From an uncultured Chlamydiae bacterium (GTDB taxonomy: Bacteria; Chlamydiota; Chlamydiia; Chlamydiales; SM23-39): a stretch of 64,000 nucleotides of DNA. Numbering within the stretch: position 1 is the first letter of the stretch; each line of letters opens with the position of its first letter. The DNA lies in the NCBI GenBank assembly GCA_963828125.1, contig CAWHDP010000002.1, positions 640,001-704,000 of the forward strand, in the 5' to 3' direction. Shown piece after piece: positions 20,003 to 29,816 of this stretch. The position numbers and the translations under genes are program-made. The notes under the pieces were generated by a model. It searched no databases. It had not been told where the DNA came from and saw nothing but the letters and a program-made list of their open reading frames with translations.

Positions 20003-21100
20003 ATGGCCGATAAATTTTTTGATTATCTAGTTGCCAGTTTGAAAACGGTATTCATGCCGCTTGTTTACTTCTACTGCGCGGTATCCGCCAACGTGTTTCT
20101 CAACGTCTCGGTGGAAAATGCCTCTGGGCTGGAGCGGCTAGCCGATCTTCTATTATCCCCTGTTCACTACGCCCTTGCCGGTAAACAAGCGGAGGAAAAA
20201 CCCGATGGAAGATGGCAATTTACCCAGAGATATCGCTATGACGATGCGTTTTGGGTGAAAACAGCTGCGAGTTACATCGCTCTTCCGCCGAGCCTGCTCC
20301 TTGGTAGTGCAGTGAAGGGGCTTAGTCTCCTCGATGAGCGCGCCAGACTCCGCTACCGCTCTATCGTTGCTGCCAGAGACTCTAAAGCAGTGCGCCCAAA
20401 TTTGGAAATGTACCGGCAAATGGGGCTCGAAATCGGGCAGATCGCCGAACCGCTAATCCCCCTTGGATTTCAGCGAAGACCAGGCGATGAGCATGTATTG
20501 GAGGGCGACAAAGAGGCGCTCCGCGACGTGGCCCAAGCACTCAATGAAGCGGGGATTGTTTGGTGGGCCGACTGCGGGACGTGTCTCGGAGCCTACAGAT
20601 ATGGCGGAGTGATCCCATGGGACGGCGATATTGATATTGCAGTGCTATTGCCCGATTTTGAGAATGTCTGGCACGCGCTCAATCGTCTTGATCCAGACAA
20701 ATATGTAGTACAGGATTGGTCGACCCGGGATCACCCCGGCACGTTTCTGAAACTCTATATCCGGAAAACCAGAACGATGATCGATATCTACCATTTCGCC
20801 ATCCATCCGGAGACAAGAGATCTCCGATACATCCTCTCGTTCGAGAGCAATATGTTTGTCCCTGCCTGGTGGAAACAGAGAGAGCGCCGTTTTACAATCC
20901 CCGTCTCATTCGATACGATGTTTCCCCTGAGAACTGCAACCCTCGACGGAGTCGATATTTTTGTGCCGAACAACACCAAAGAATATCTAGAGAGATGTTA
21001 TGGAGAAAACTTAGGTCCGGTCAAAATCTACGACCCCGCTACCAAGAGCTATGAAAGAGACCTCTCCCATCCTTATTGGACAGGCGCCTATATTCATTAG
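20003..21100 (+). CDS. LicD family nucleotidyltransferase-fold protein
   Basis: GTCLGAYRYGGVIPWDGDIDI and YLERCYG motifs. Confidence 0.85.
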   Translation: MADKFFDYLVASLKTVFMPLVYFYCAVSANVFLNVSVENASGLERLADLLLSPVHYALAGKQAEEKPDGRWQFTQRYRYDDAFWVKTAASYIALPPSLLLGSAVKGLSLLDERARLRYRSIVAARDSKAVRPNLEMYRQMGLEIGQIAEPLIPLGFQRRPGDEHVLEGDKEALRDVAQALNEAGIVWWADCGTCLGAYRYGGVIPWDGDIDIAVLLPDFENVWHALNRLDPDKYVVQDWSTRDHPGTFLKLYIRKTRTMIDIYHFAIHPETRDLRYILSFESNMFVPAWWKQRERRFTIPVSFDTMFPLRTATLDGVDIFVPNNTKEYLERCYGENLGPVKIYDPATKSYERDLSHPYWTGAYIH

Positions 21101-21153
21101 GCTCCGCTGCCGCTTCCAGCAACTCAAAGAAAACTTGCCAATCTAAAACCATG

Positions 21154-21432
21154 TTATGCAAACCTAACTTCTAAATGCTTTCCTAACGCCATTGCAGCTA
21201 AAATTAATGACTTCAGACTGCAAGTCCTTTTGGGGTCTAATAGCCTGTCCACAGCTGAACGACTTGTGTTCATTCGTTTTGCGAACTGAGATTTAGTTAA
21301 TTTCTGTTTTTTCAATTCTTCTTCAAGCTGAAATGCGATTACCCTTTTCACGGCTTCAGCATGACATTCTTCAAAAATACCTTCTTCTTTGAGGAAGTCC
21401 TCAAAGTTTGATCCTCTATGCTTGTTTTTCAT
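21154..21432 (-). CDS. XRE-HTH antitoxin (HigA-like)
   Basis: GSNFEDFLKEEG and LTKSQFAKRMNTSRSAVDRLLDP; downstream of the toxin. Confidence 0.85.
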   Translation of the reverse strand: MKNKHRGSNFEDFLKEEGIFEECHAEAVKRVIAFQLEEELKKQKLTKSQFAKRMNTSRSAVDRLLDPKRTCSLKSLILAAMALGKHLEVRFA

Positions 21433-21791
21433 CTTTTACTCTCCATGATTTTTGCACGATTTTTCGCAAGTTTTAGGTCTTCTAGTGGAGTCTTCTGCGT
21501 TTTTTTTATAAAACCATGCAGAAGAACTATTTCGCCATCAATCATCTTGAAAAGGACTCGAGCGATCCCCTTGGGAATATGCGAACGAATTTCCCAGAGA
21601 CCACTTCCGAGACTTTTAACCAAAGGCATTCCCAACGGCCACCTCAGCTGGACGATCCTGATGTCCCTACCTATCTCTTTTCGGCTTTCCTTATCGATTT
21701 CGGATAACCACTCCCTCACCGGTTCATTTCCACTTGGATTTTCACAGTAGAAAATGACAGGGATAGGTTGATGGGATGAATCCATTGGCAT
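21429..21791 (-). CDS. RelE/ParE (Gp49/HigB-like) toxin
   Basis: GNEPVREWL, LWEIRS and LLHGFIKKTQKTP motifs. Confidence 0.88.
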   Translation of the reverse strand: MPMDSSHQPIPVIFYCENPSGNEPVREWLSEIDKESRKEIGRDIRIVQLRWPLGMPLVKSLGSGLWEIRSHIPKGIARVLFKMIDGEIVLLHGFIKKTQKTPLEDLKLAKNRAKIMESKR

Positions 21792-21811
21792 TAACCTCTT
21801 TTTCTATGAGT

Positions 21812-21827
21812 GTACCACAACTGGTAC
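21812..21827. promoter_or_regulatory. Probable TA operator palindrome
   Basis: GTACCA-CAAC-TGGTAC 20 bp upstream of the toxin start. Confidence 0.5.
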
Positions 21828-21919
21828 GCGCATGCAAACAGAAAGTGATGGTCTGATTCAAAATCGCGCAATACTTCACCCTTCTGCTATGATTAAAGGG
21901 AAAGAACACCAAAAGAATC

Positions 21920-21976
21920 ATGTCTGATAAAACAGGTGAAAAACAGGGAAAGTTTCAAAAGGGGCGATCTGGAAAC
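21920..21976 (+). pseudogene. 5' fragment of a DUF5681-like gene
   Basis: MSDKTGEKQGKFQKGRSGN versus MPDKTEKKQGKFKKGLSGN at 36368; similarity stops abruptly. Confidence 0.7.
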
Positions 21977-22031
21977 GATGTTACACTACCCAGCGGCGAT
22001 GTCTATTTTTTCAATTTTCATATCTTCTTCT

Positions 22032-22256
22032 TTATAAGGGAACAGATAATTTGGACAGTTTATGAGCAATTGTTTGTGTGTGTTTCTGATCCCCAGACAA
22101 ACCCATATGCTCTGTTTCAATCCCCCATAAATAGTCAAACACCTCACTTTCAGTGCTTTTAGACTGTATTAATTCATAAATATCAGAAACATAAGAATCA
22201 TATTCATCTTGTGCTTCGGGAATATTTTGAATACCTATCGGATCCCATTCCTTCAA
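22032..22256 (-). pseudogene. DUF1871-like small protein, probably a fragment
   Basis: EWDPIGI...DEYDSY motif. Confidence 0.45.
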
Positions 22257-22271
22257 AATGGCATTGCCCCG

Positions 22272-22466
22272 ATGGGCACAGTGTCCGGAGAAGCGGGTGT
22301 GTCTTATGAATGGGGCGGCAAAGACGGAGGCGGCGTTAGCGGATATGTCAGCGGCAGCGCTAGCGATGATAACGGCAATAAGGCTGAAGTCGAGGTGCAG
22401 GTGAACAGTGATGGTTCCGGAAAGGTGGACGTATCAGTCAGTCATGATGAAGACACAAATGGCTAA
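22272..22466 (+). pseudogene. Gly/Ser-rich small protein fragment
   Basis: Short ORF followed by hairpin AAATGGGGA-ATAAT-TCCCCATTT (22472-22494). Confidence 0.35.
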
Positions 22467-22528
22467 CAAATAAATGGGGAATAATTCCCCATTTCTCCAT
22501 CATTGTATTTCACCTATTCTGAGGAACG

Positions 22529-23497
22529 ATGCGGGTTAGGGTTATTCTCGTTTTGGTTGCTTTGCTTATAAGCAGTTGCTCGATCACACAAAAGCAGGCA
22601 GTTCCATCTCCCAGCAGTACCATTATCTCAAAAAAAAATGCCTACTTTATCGAAGCATCCATCACAAAGCTGTCCTCTATACAGTGTCCATGCATAGATG
22701 TTGAAATCGATTCCAGACAATTTTCGATGGAACTTGACTTAGGCTTTCGAGGAGATCTTTCCATTGAAGAAGATCATATTGATCTGATTGTGGAAAAATC
22801 ATTTGTCCTCGAAAAGATCATGCATGGTGTTAGAGGTAAGCAATACCCAACCAAAATATATCGGATACCAAAAGCGAAGATTGGGAAAATGACGTTTATA
22901 AATCCGAGATTGGAAAAGGGCAGTCGAGAATTTACTAAAAACTCTACTTTTGTAGCCGATGGAGGCCGACCTTCCCCGAGAGAAGAAGGAAGAATCGGAT
23001 GGCACTTATTCCAGAAAGTCAACTTATTGATTGATATGAAAAATTCCCGAGTCGCTTTTTGTGACAGTCTGAATACTCTAGCAGAGCAGGGGTACCCAAT
23101 TGAAAACTTTATCAGAACGCCGCTCGTGCTTGACAACGGCCTAGTCCAAATCATCGGAAATACCCCTGAAGGCGCCTTGCATTGTATGCTCGATACAGGC
23201 GCTACTTGGAATATCTTAAACCGGGCGCTAAAGCCCCATCAATCCCTCGATAAAGCAGTTTGGGAACCGGAAAATATTTTAGAGTTTTCTTATTTTAAAA
23301 TAGATCAGGAAGATTTTGGCCCCATAAATTTTCATCGCATGCCGATTCAGCTTCCCTTTCTTGTTGATGCCATACTCGGAATTGAATTCTTTGAAAAAAA
23401 CCTTGTTTATCTTGATTTCGTGAGGGGATTTGCCTACTTTGCAAAAGATCAATCCATGACCACTAATGATGAGAAATGGAATCTGCGATTGAAGTAA
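22529..23497 (+). CDS. Lipoprotein with tandem retropepsin-like aspartic protease domains
   Basis: Lipobox LISSC; ELDLG and MLDTGA motifs; AILGIEFF. Confidence 0.65.
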   Translation: MRVRVILVLVALLISSCSITQKQAVPSPSSTIISKKNAYFIEASITKLSSIQCPCIDVEIDSRQFSMELDLGFRGDLSIEEDHIDLIVEKSFVLEKIMHGVRGKQYPTKIYRIPKAKIGKMTFINPRLEKGSREFTKNSTFVADGGRPSPREEGRIGWHLFQKVNLLIDMKNSRVAFCDSLNTLAEQGYPIENFIRTPLVLDNGLVQIIGNTPEGALHCMLDTGATWNILNRALKPHQSLDKAVWEPENILEFSYFKIDQEDFGPINFHRMPIQLPFLVDAILGIEFFEKNLVYLDFVRGFAYFAKDQSMTTNDEKWNLRLK

Positions 23498-23622
23498 CCC
23501 AGAGGTCGCCACCTGGCGCTAAAATCGCCAAAGCTCAAAATCGTGTAGCAACACAACGAAAAATCGTGGCATTTCTTTACAAAACTATTTAGTCTATCAT
23601 TCTTAAATGACAGGAAAAGTAG

Positions 23623-23825
23623 ATGTTAAAAAAGGCTTATCGATACGACGACGAAACCATTTTTTATTTTGATGCACAGGATAATAAATACGTTGCAAAA
23701 GACGGTAGTCTCACCTGGAGACTGAATAACCCCGGACTTATCTCATCACATAGCCTTGCCAAAATCAGATATAAGGCCATTGGAACCCATCATCAGTACG
23801 CAATATTCTCCGATGTTCTTACGGG
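23623..23825 (+). pseudogene. Gene with a WRLNNPG motif, interrupted by an IS21 end
   Basis: ORF runs into the IS21 terminus at 23826. Confidence 0.5.
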
Positions 23826-24425
23826 TGTCAGGCGACAGTGTAAAATGACCCCCTTTCGACATTGAAAAGTGACCCACCCCCCTATTTGAAGTGAGAGTAA
23901 GCATGGAACCCAATAAAATCTCTGCTGTTGTAACAGGAGACAGTAAAGAGAGAATGGAACCACCTAATGTCGTAGAGAAAATTTTATATTTGTCATCAGA
24001 AGGGTGGGGTAAAAGACGGATTGCCAAAGAGCTTGGAATTAGTGCCAATACCGTTAAACACTATCGGCGACAAGGGAAATGGCGCCCGTATAATATTCCC
24101 AAAAGAATTAAGAGGCTGGAAGCATTAGATGTCTGGCTCGAAGAAATGTTTAACCCCCATAAAGGTAATGCAGAGGTTATCCGCCAAGAGTTGGTTCGTC
24201 AACACAATCTGCAAGCTGATCTACGCACTGTCGAAAGAGCAGTTAAACTATTTAGACGAAGGGCCTTTGCTTCAGCAAAGGCGACGATTCGGTTTGAGAC
24301 GCCGCCGGGCAAGCAGATGCAAATTGACTTTGGATCGATTACTATCAAGATTGCAGGAGAGCCGAAGAAGATCTATTTTTTCGCGGCAGTTCTTGGTTTT
24401 TCACGCCGCCAATATATACAGGCCT
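23826..24425 (+). mobile_element. istA: Truncated IS21-family element (left end plus 5' istA); right boundary approximate
   Basis: TG terminus with tandem subterminal repeats CGACAGTGTAAAATGACCCC / CGACATTGAAAAGTGACCCA; HTH and RFETPPGKQMQIDFG; no istB or right end. Confidence 0.85.
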
Positions 24426-24650
24426 TATTAAGACGCTTATTTGATGCCCCTTTTCGTATAAGCAGCAGTGCTCTTATGTTTTTTCTGCGCCTTCAACCCA
24501 GGTTTTTCGATGAATCAAAAGCATTCTATAGTATTAATAATTTTTATTACATTAAATATTTAATAAAAAAAACAAAATAAAAACATAAATTTAACACTTC
24601 TCATTTATCTTTCATTTTCAGTACAATTTATCTTTATAGACCAGGGAATT

Positions 24651-25880
24651 ATGAACTCTAGCCATGCAATTCAAGCCAACCCTAATATTCAATCTGAAAC
24701 CTCTTATCGAGCAATGTTTGGAAATTTTTTTTTCTATGCAAAAAACAGCTTTCCTTGGCATATCTCTCGCATTGGGACTATGCGTTACTTTCCTGCCGTA
24801 TATGCTACTGCTGAAGTTGCATCGTCACTGTTAGCAGGGACGAAAGCTCTTTTCGCTTCATATCGTTACGGCAAAAATATTTTGCCCGGAAGTTTCTCAG
24901 AGACCCTATGTCAATTATCACCTGAAATATTAAAGAAATCTATTTGTCTTGTGTTATGCCTCGACTTTTCTGGCCTAGCACCTCAGCAAAAAGAGTACCG
25001 AATTGCTGCTGATACTTTCCTTCTTTTAGCAAGCGCTTTAGGAGGTATGAAAGCGTTAAAAGATGGGACTTCACAAATTCTCTCAATTGCAAACAATAAG
25101 GGAATAACTGTGAAAGAAAAAATTAAGAAATTGATCAGCGGAGGGCTCTTGATTTCGATGGGAGGATGGGTCTTGTCCCGCCTCTATCCTGCATCTATGA
25201 ACCTCTATCAAGGCTCGAAACTCTTTGATTCACTTTCTGATGAACAAAAAGAGGGTGTACTCAAATATAGATCCATCCATCACCTATCTAAAGAAAAAAT
25301 ATCGAATGCAGTCATTATTGATGGAATGTCTTCAAAATGGGGCGGGAAGATTGATGATATCCCTCTCTCTTTTGGTGAGCTCACCTATGAACAGGCTAAA
25401 ACCAGGTTCTATCGAGTTAATTCCAGCCAATCTTTTTGCAGTGCACTTGAAGATGCTTCTAAACAATTTGGAGAAAAAATACAAAACTTAGAAATCTTCG
25501 GCCACGGACTAAACCAAAATAGAGAAAATAGCAATCAGATGGTTAAAATGAATGTTGATTATTTTTTTGAAGGAACAAAACCAGAAACCGATTGCATTCT
25601 TAATAATCTAAAAGAGAAGAGTCAGTTATTTTTAATCAGCTGTAATTCTGCTACAAAAACAAATCTCATTTCTCTTGCAGAGAGAATATCTAAGACCCTT
25701 TCATCCATCTATGTGACGGGGATTGCCGCTTTCTTTAACCCTATGCTTATTTCTAGCTGGGTAGGACCTAATAACACACTCAACTTAGAATCTCACTTTC
25801 CTGGAGACTTGAATGACCAGGTAGTATTTCCTCAAAATACAATTGTCTATCCTCCAATGAATGAGTCAACTCCATGTTGA
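24651..25880 (+). CDS. Hypothetical membrane protein with a C-terminal GHG...SC domain
   Basis: Hydrophobic segments; LEIFGHG and LFLISCNSA. Confidence 0.55.
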   Translation: MNSSHAIQANPNIQSETSYRAMFGNFFFYAKNSFPWHISRIGTMRYFPAVYATAEVASSLLAGTKALFASYRYGKNILPGSFSETLCQLSPEILKKSICLVLCLDFSGLAPQQKEYRIAADTFLLLASALGGMKALKDGTSQILSIANNKGITVKEKIKKLISGGLLISMGGWVLSRLYPASMNLYQGSKLFDSLSDEQKEGVLKYRSIHHLSKEKISNAVIIDGMSSKWGGKIDDIPLSFGELTYEQAKTRFYRVNSSQSFCSALEDASKQFGEKIQNLEIFGHGLNQNRENSNQMVKMNVDYFFEGTKPETDCILNNLKEKSQLFLISCNSATKTNLISLAERISKTLSSIYVTGIAAFFNPMLISSWVGPNNTLNLESHFPGDLNDQVVFPQNTIVYPPMNESTPC

Positions 25881-25919
25881 CTTAAAAAAAACATCTCATG
25901 AATAAGCATGGTCTTCTTA

Positions 25920-27219
25920 CAGGGCGATTTAACTAAAATTTTTTGATAACAGATCTGGTAACATGGCATAGTAAATACCTCATATTTAAGGAGGTCCTAT
26001 GTCACGACGTAAACCGATTGATGCCAAAATCCTAGAAGCCAGTAAGGAATTCGACGCGCATATATTTGCAGAGACTGTCAAGGGGTCGTTTTTCGATTTC
26101 CCTGATTATCGACGCAACCAAAAACGAGTCTTGTACCCCGTTTGGTACCTATCCCTTGTGATTCTCTGCGGGTTCTTTTGCGGATGCAATACTATCGAGG
26201 AAATTGCCGAATATGCCCATCTACAAGAGGAATGGTTTGCCTCGCTACTAGGAGAACCGGTTTCAGCTCCTTCCCATGGATCGCTTTGGTGGTTTTTAGT
26301 CAAAACACCCCCGAACGCTCTCAAGAGCTATTTACAAAAATGGTTCAGTAAAATTCCTAGTTCATTGCGCGATCAACTGTTGGCGATCGACGGCAAAAGA
26401 CTGAGGGGGGCTAATTTTTTGGGCCGCATTACCCATGTAGTAGAGTTGTTCGCTGCAGAAGATCGTCTATGTCTTGCCGCAGAAAAAGTCCCCGATAAAA
26501 CGGTCGAGAAGAGCACACTGCCAATTATTTTGGAGCAGGTGGATGTAGAAGGTGCGATTATTTCGGGCGATGCTCATTTTACCGTACCTGAATCAGCAGC
26601 AAAAATCGTTGATGCAAAAGCAGATTATCTGTTGGCTGTTAAAGAAAACCAGCCCACTCTTTGCGCTGAGTTGGAAAATTTTTTCGATCAGGCACATGCA
26701 GCCGAATGGGAGGAAGTCTCACATTCATTTTACCAGGAAGTCGAAAAAGGTCATGGTCGAATCGATATTCGAGAAGTACAAGTCGTAGAGGACTTGGATT
26801 GGCTGCCTAATGTTGACAGATGGAAGAACTTGGTCTGCCTGGTCGAAGTACGATCCACAAGGCAAAAAACCGGATCAACCGCAAGCGAGACGTTAAGACG
26901 GCTGTATATTTCGAGTCGTCGAGCATCTGCCAAGCATTTTGCTAAGTGGACCAGGCAGCATTGGCACGTAGAAAACAATTGCCATTGGGTAGCTGATGTG
27001 ATCTTTAGAGAGGATGATGTGTTGATGGACAGAGGAAATAGCGCAGAAAATTTGGGGTTGTTTCGTCGCTTAGCTATGAATATGGCTGCAGTTGCAGATC
27101 CGGATAGAGGGCTTGCCTCTGTGAGACGAGCAGCGACTTTCGGTAGCGGATATCTGAAAGGAATATTGGCAAGATTTTTCTGTTCAGGCGTATCAAAAAA
27201 TTTTAGTTAAATCGCCCTG
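25920..27219 (+). mobile_element. Complete ISAs1-family insertion sequence, 1300 bp
   Basis: Perfect 29-bp IRs CAGGGCGATTTAACTAAAATTTTTTGATA; 10-bp target duplication GGTCTTCTTA at 25910-25919 and 27220-27229. Confidence 0.95.
25999..27210 (+). CDS. ISAs1-family DDE transposase
   Basis: AIDGKRLRG, AVKENQPTL, EKGHGRI and RQHWHVENNCHWVADVIFRED motifs. Confidence 0.93.
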   Translation: MSRRKPIDAKILEASKEFDAHIFAETVKGSFFDFPDYRRNQKRVLYPVWYLSLVILCGFFCGCNTIEEIAEYAHLQEEWFASLLGEPVSAPSHGSLWWFLVKTPPNALKSYLQKWFSKIPSSLRDQLLAIDGKRLRGANFLGRITHVVELFAAEDRLCLAAEKVPDKTVEKSTLPIILEQVDVEGAIISGDAHFTVPESAAKIVDAKADYLLAVKENQPTLCAELENFFDQAHAAEWEEVSHSFYQEVEKGHGRIDIREVQVVEDLDWLPNVDRWKNLVCLVEVRSTRQKTGSTASETLRRLYISSRRASAKHFAKWTRQHWHVENNCHWVADVIFREDDVLMDRGNSAENLGLFRRLAMNMAAVADPDRGLASVRRAATFGSGYLKGILARFFCSGVSKNFS

Positions 27220-27305
27220 GGTCTTCTTATAAGAATCCTAATAAACAATCCCATAGCTATACCGGTGGCAAAACAACACTATGGGGAAGTTCTCCAGAAT
27301 TTTGA

Positions 27306-27660
27306 TTTGAAAGATTTGACCTGGTACTTTCAGGAGGCCGGATGGGAAGCTAAGAGAAAACTGCTTGATTCGATCTTTCCGGCAAAATTGACTTTTCAAG
27401 ATGGAAAATATCGAACCGATGGGCTAAACCCAGCACTTGCGATTATCTTGCAGAAAACCAATGCTTTAGGAAATAAAAAATGTGGAGACACTTCCGTTTC
27501 TGAAAATGTCCCCGGGGATGTGCCCAGGACCGGAGCGTTCTCGAACCAATTTCTCGAAGGGATGAAGCAACTTTATGAACTTGAGCCCTTTATCAAGGTG
27601 AAGCCCTACCTTACAAATCAGTGGGAAAAGGGAGGTAGAGCAATAAAACATGCCTCTTGA
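27306..27660 (+). pseudogene. C-terminal remnant of a serine recombinase plus att-like junction and alternative tail
   Basis: 27306-27534 aligns without gaps to 39425-39653 (32 mismatches in 229 by hand count); frame continues GAFSNQFLEG...HAS. Confidence 0.85.
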
Positions 27661-27825
27661 CCGAGGGAATCTCTTAGATCTTAACTCCCTCCTACAAAAT
27701 AGAACCTCTTCTTAAGGGAGTGCAGGGGGACTGGTACCGTTCAAAAACAAAAAGTCTGGGAAATCTCAGCGGTTTTCTTTATAGATAATACAGACATCAC
27801 TATAAATTGAAAGGCCGCCGCTTCC

Positions 27826-29223
27826 ATGAAGAGAAACGTTATTAATAAAATCTGGGATCTACATATTGTAGAAAGTAAAGAAGAGTTCCCGGACATCCTC
27901 TCAATTGATCTTCATCTTCTTCATGAAGTTACCTCCCCACAAGCATTTGAGGTTTTGAGAAAAAGAGGATTGAAAATTCATGCTTTAGAACGAACCATTG
28001 CAACGGTAGACCACAATGTTTCGACAACCGCCGACCGCGAAAGACTTCCTAGCCTAGTAAGCCGGAATCAAATTCTAACACTTCGACGGAACTGTGAAGA
28101 TTTTGGAGTCAAACTTTGGGATATGGGAAGTGGACGTCAAGGGATTGTCCACATCATTGGACCAGAACAGGGACTCACACAGCCAGGTATGACAATTGTC
28201 TGTGGAGACAGCCACACCTCAACTCATGGAGCTTTTGGGGCTCTTGCCTTAGGAATAGGCACTACCGAAATCAGCTATGTAATGGCAACTGGATGCCTTT
28301 TGCTGCCCAAGCCCAAAACAATGAAAGTCCAGTTCAATGGGCATTTAGGAAAGGGAATCACGGCAAAAGATATGATCCTCAAGCTCATCCAAGTCATTGG
28401 TGTTCATGGAGCCAATGGGTATGTGCTTGAATATTGCGGCCCTGTCATTCGGAAATTATCGATGGAACAACGGATGACCATTTGCAATATGAGCATCGAG
28501 TGTGGCGCTAGAGCGGGGCTTGTATCTCCCGATGAAATTACCTATGAGTATATGAAAGGCAGGTTAGGTGCGCCAAAAGGGTCTCTGTGGGATCGTGCAG
28601 TAGCTCATTGGAAGTCTTTGGCGAGCACAGACCAATCGACATACGATCGGACCGTAGAAATCGAATTAGACCATCTTACCCCCCTTGTCACGTGGGGAAC
28701 AACCCCGGGTCAGTCAATCGGGATCGATCAGGAGATTCCTAGCCTAGAGTCAATGACTCCAGAGGAAGGTGAACTAGCGAAGAAATCCTTGGAGTATATG
28801 CGCCTTAAAGCTGGGCAATCTTTAGAGGGAGTGCCCATCGATTATATCTTTCTCGGTTCTTGCACGAACTCCAGAATCTCCGATTATCGAGAAGCGGCTA
28901 AGATTTTAAAAGGCAAACGGGTGGCTAAAGGCGTGACGGTCTATGTCGTACCAGGCAGTGAAGCAGTCCGTAAACAAATGATTGAAGAAGGCTTGGATCG
29001 CATCTTTATCGAAGCTGGCGCCGACTTCCGGCAGCCTGGTTGCAGCATGTGCCTAGGAATGAATGAAGATAAGTGCCCACCTGGAAAAAGGGTTGCCAGC
29101 ACAAGCAATCGCAATTTTATCGGTAGACAAGGACCTGGAGCTCTTTCCCATTTGATGAGCCCGATCATGGCTGCGGCTGCGGCAGTCGAAGGAAAGATCG
29201 TGGATGTGAGGAAATTTTTATGA
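27826..29223 (+). CDS. leuC: 3-isopropylmalate dehydratase large subunit
   Basis: HEVTSPQAF, CGDSHTSTHGAFG, GSCTNSR, PGCSMCLGMN and STSNRNF motifs. Confidence 0.96.
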   Translation: MKRNVINKIWDLHIVESKEEFPDILSIDLHLLHEVTSPQAFEVLRKRGLKIHALERTIATVDHNVSTTADRERLPSLVSRNQILTLRRNCEDFGVKLWDMGSGRQGIVHIIGPEQGLTQPGMTIVCGDSHTSTHGAFGALALGIGTTEISYVMATGCLLLPKPKTMKVQFNGHLGKGITAKDMILKLIQVIGVHGANGYVLEYCGPVIRKLSMEQRMTICNMSIECGARAGLVSPDEITYEYMKGRLGAPKGSLWDRAVAHWKSLASTDQSTYDRTVEIELDHLTPLVTWGTTPGQSIGIDQEIPSLESMTPEEGELAKKSLEYMRLKAGQSLEGVPIDYIFLGSCTNSRISDYREAAKILKGKRVAKGVTVYVVPGSEAVRKQMIEEGLDRIFIEAGADFRQPGCSMCLGMNEDKCPPGKRVASTSNRNFIGRQGPGALSHLMSPIMAAAAAVEGKIVDVRKFL

Positions 29224-29816
29224 GAGAAATTAAATCCCAAATTCTTCCACTGCCCTTTGCAGATATCAATACTGATTTGATTCTTCCGGCAAAATATCTT
29301 ACGACCACTGTAACGCACGGTCTGGGAGTTCATCTATTTACCGATATGCGAAAAATGGATCCTTCTTTCCCAATGAACCTAAAAAAATATGCCCATGCCA
29401 AAATCATTGTTACGCGACGCAATTTTGGCTGCGGCAGCTCGCGAGAACACGCCGCCTGGGCCCTTGTCGACCATGGCATCCGAGTGATTATTGCTCCCAG
29501 TTTTGGTGACATTTTCTACAGCAATGCAGTTAAAAACCATCTATTGCCTCTAGTACTTGACGCGGAGCTTATCGAACATATTTTCGCTGATGAAAAACAG
29601 AGTGTGGAATATATCGTCGATGTAGATCTCGTAGGGCAAAGAGTGACTCTTCCCGATGAAACAAGTTATTCTTTCGAGATCAATGGGTACGACAAACATG
29701 CTTTGATTAACGAAATTGATAACCTCGACTACCTGCTCTCACAACTCGATAAGATCAATGCTTTTGATGAAAGGTACCGAAAAAACATTTTTCTCGATAC
29801 CCATTCTCTTCATTAA
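29220..29816 (+). CDS. leuD: 3-isopropylmalate dehydratase small subunit
   Basis: INTDLILP, NFGCGSSREHAAWAL and SFGDIFYSN motifs. Confidence 0.95.
   Translation: MREIKSQILPLPFADINTDLILPAKYLTTTVTHGLGVHLFTDMRKMDPSFPMNLKKYAHAKIIVTRRNFGCGSSREHAAWALVDHGIRVIIAPSFGDIFYSNAVKNHLLPLVLDAELIEHIFADEKQSVEYIVDVDLVGQRVTLPDETSYSFEINGYDKHALINEIDNLDYLLSQLDKINAFDERYRKNIFLDTHSLH

Noticed and set aside
21100..21153. Outer att site at the island's left edge
   Set aside because: No convincing match to the tRNA-Leu 3' end; the left boundary is inferred only from gene content and composition.
21822..21836. Sigma-54 promoter TGGTAC...TGCA
   Set aside because: GG-to-GC spacing is one base short; better explained as the TA operator palindrome.
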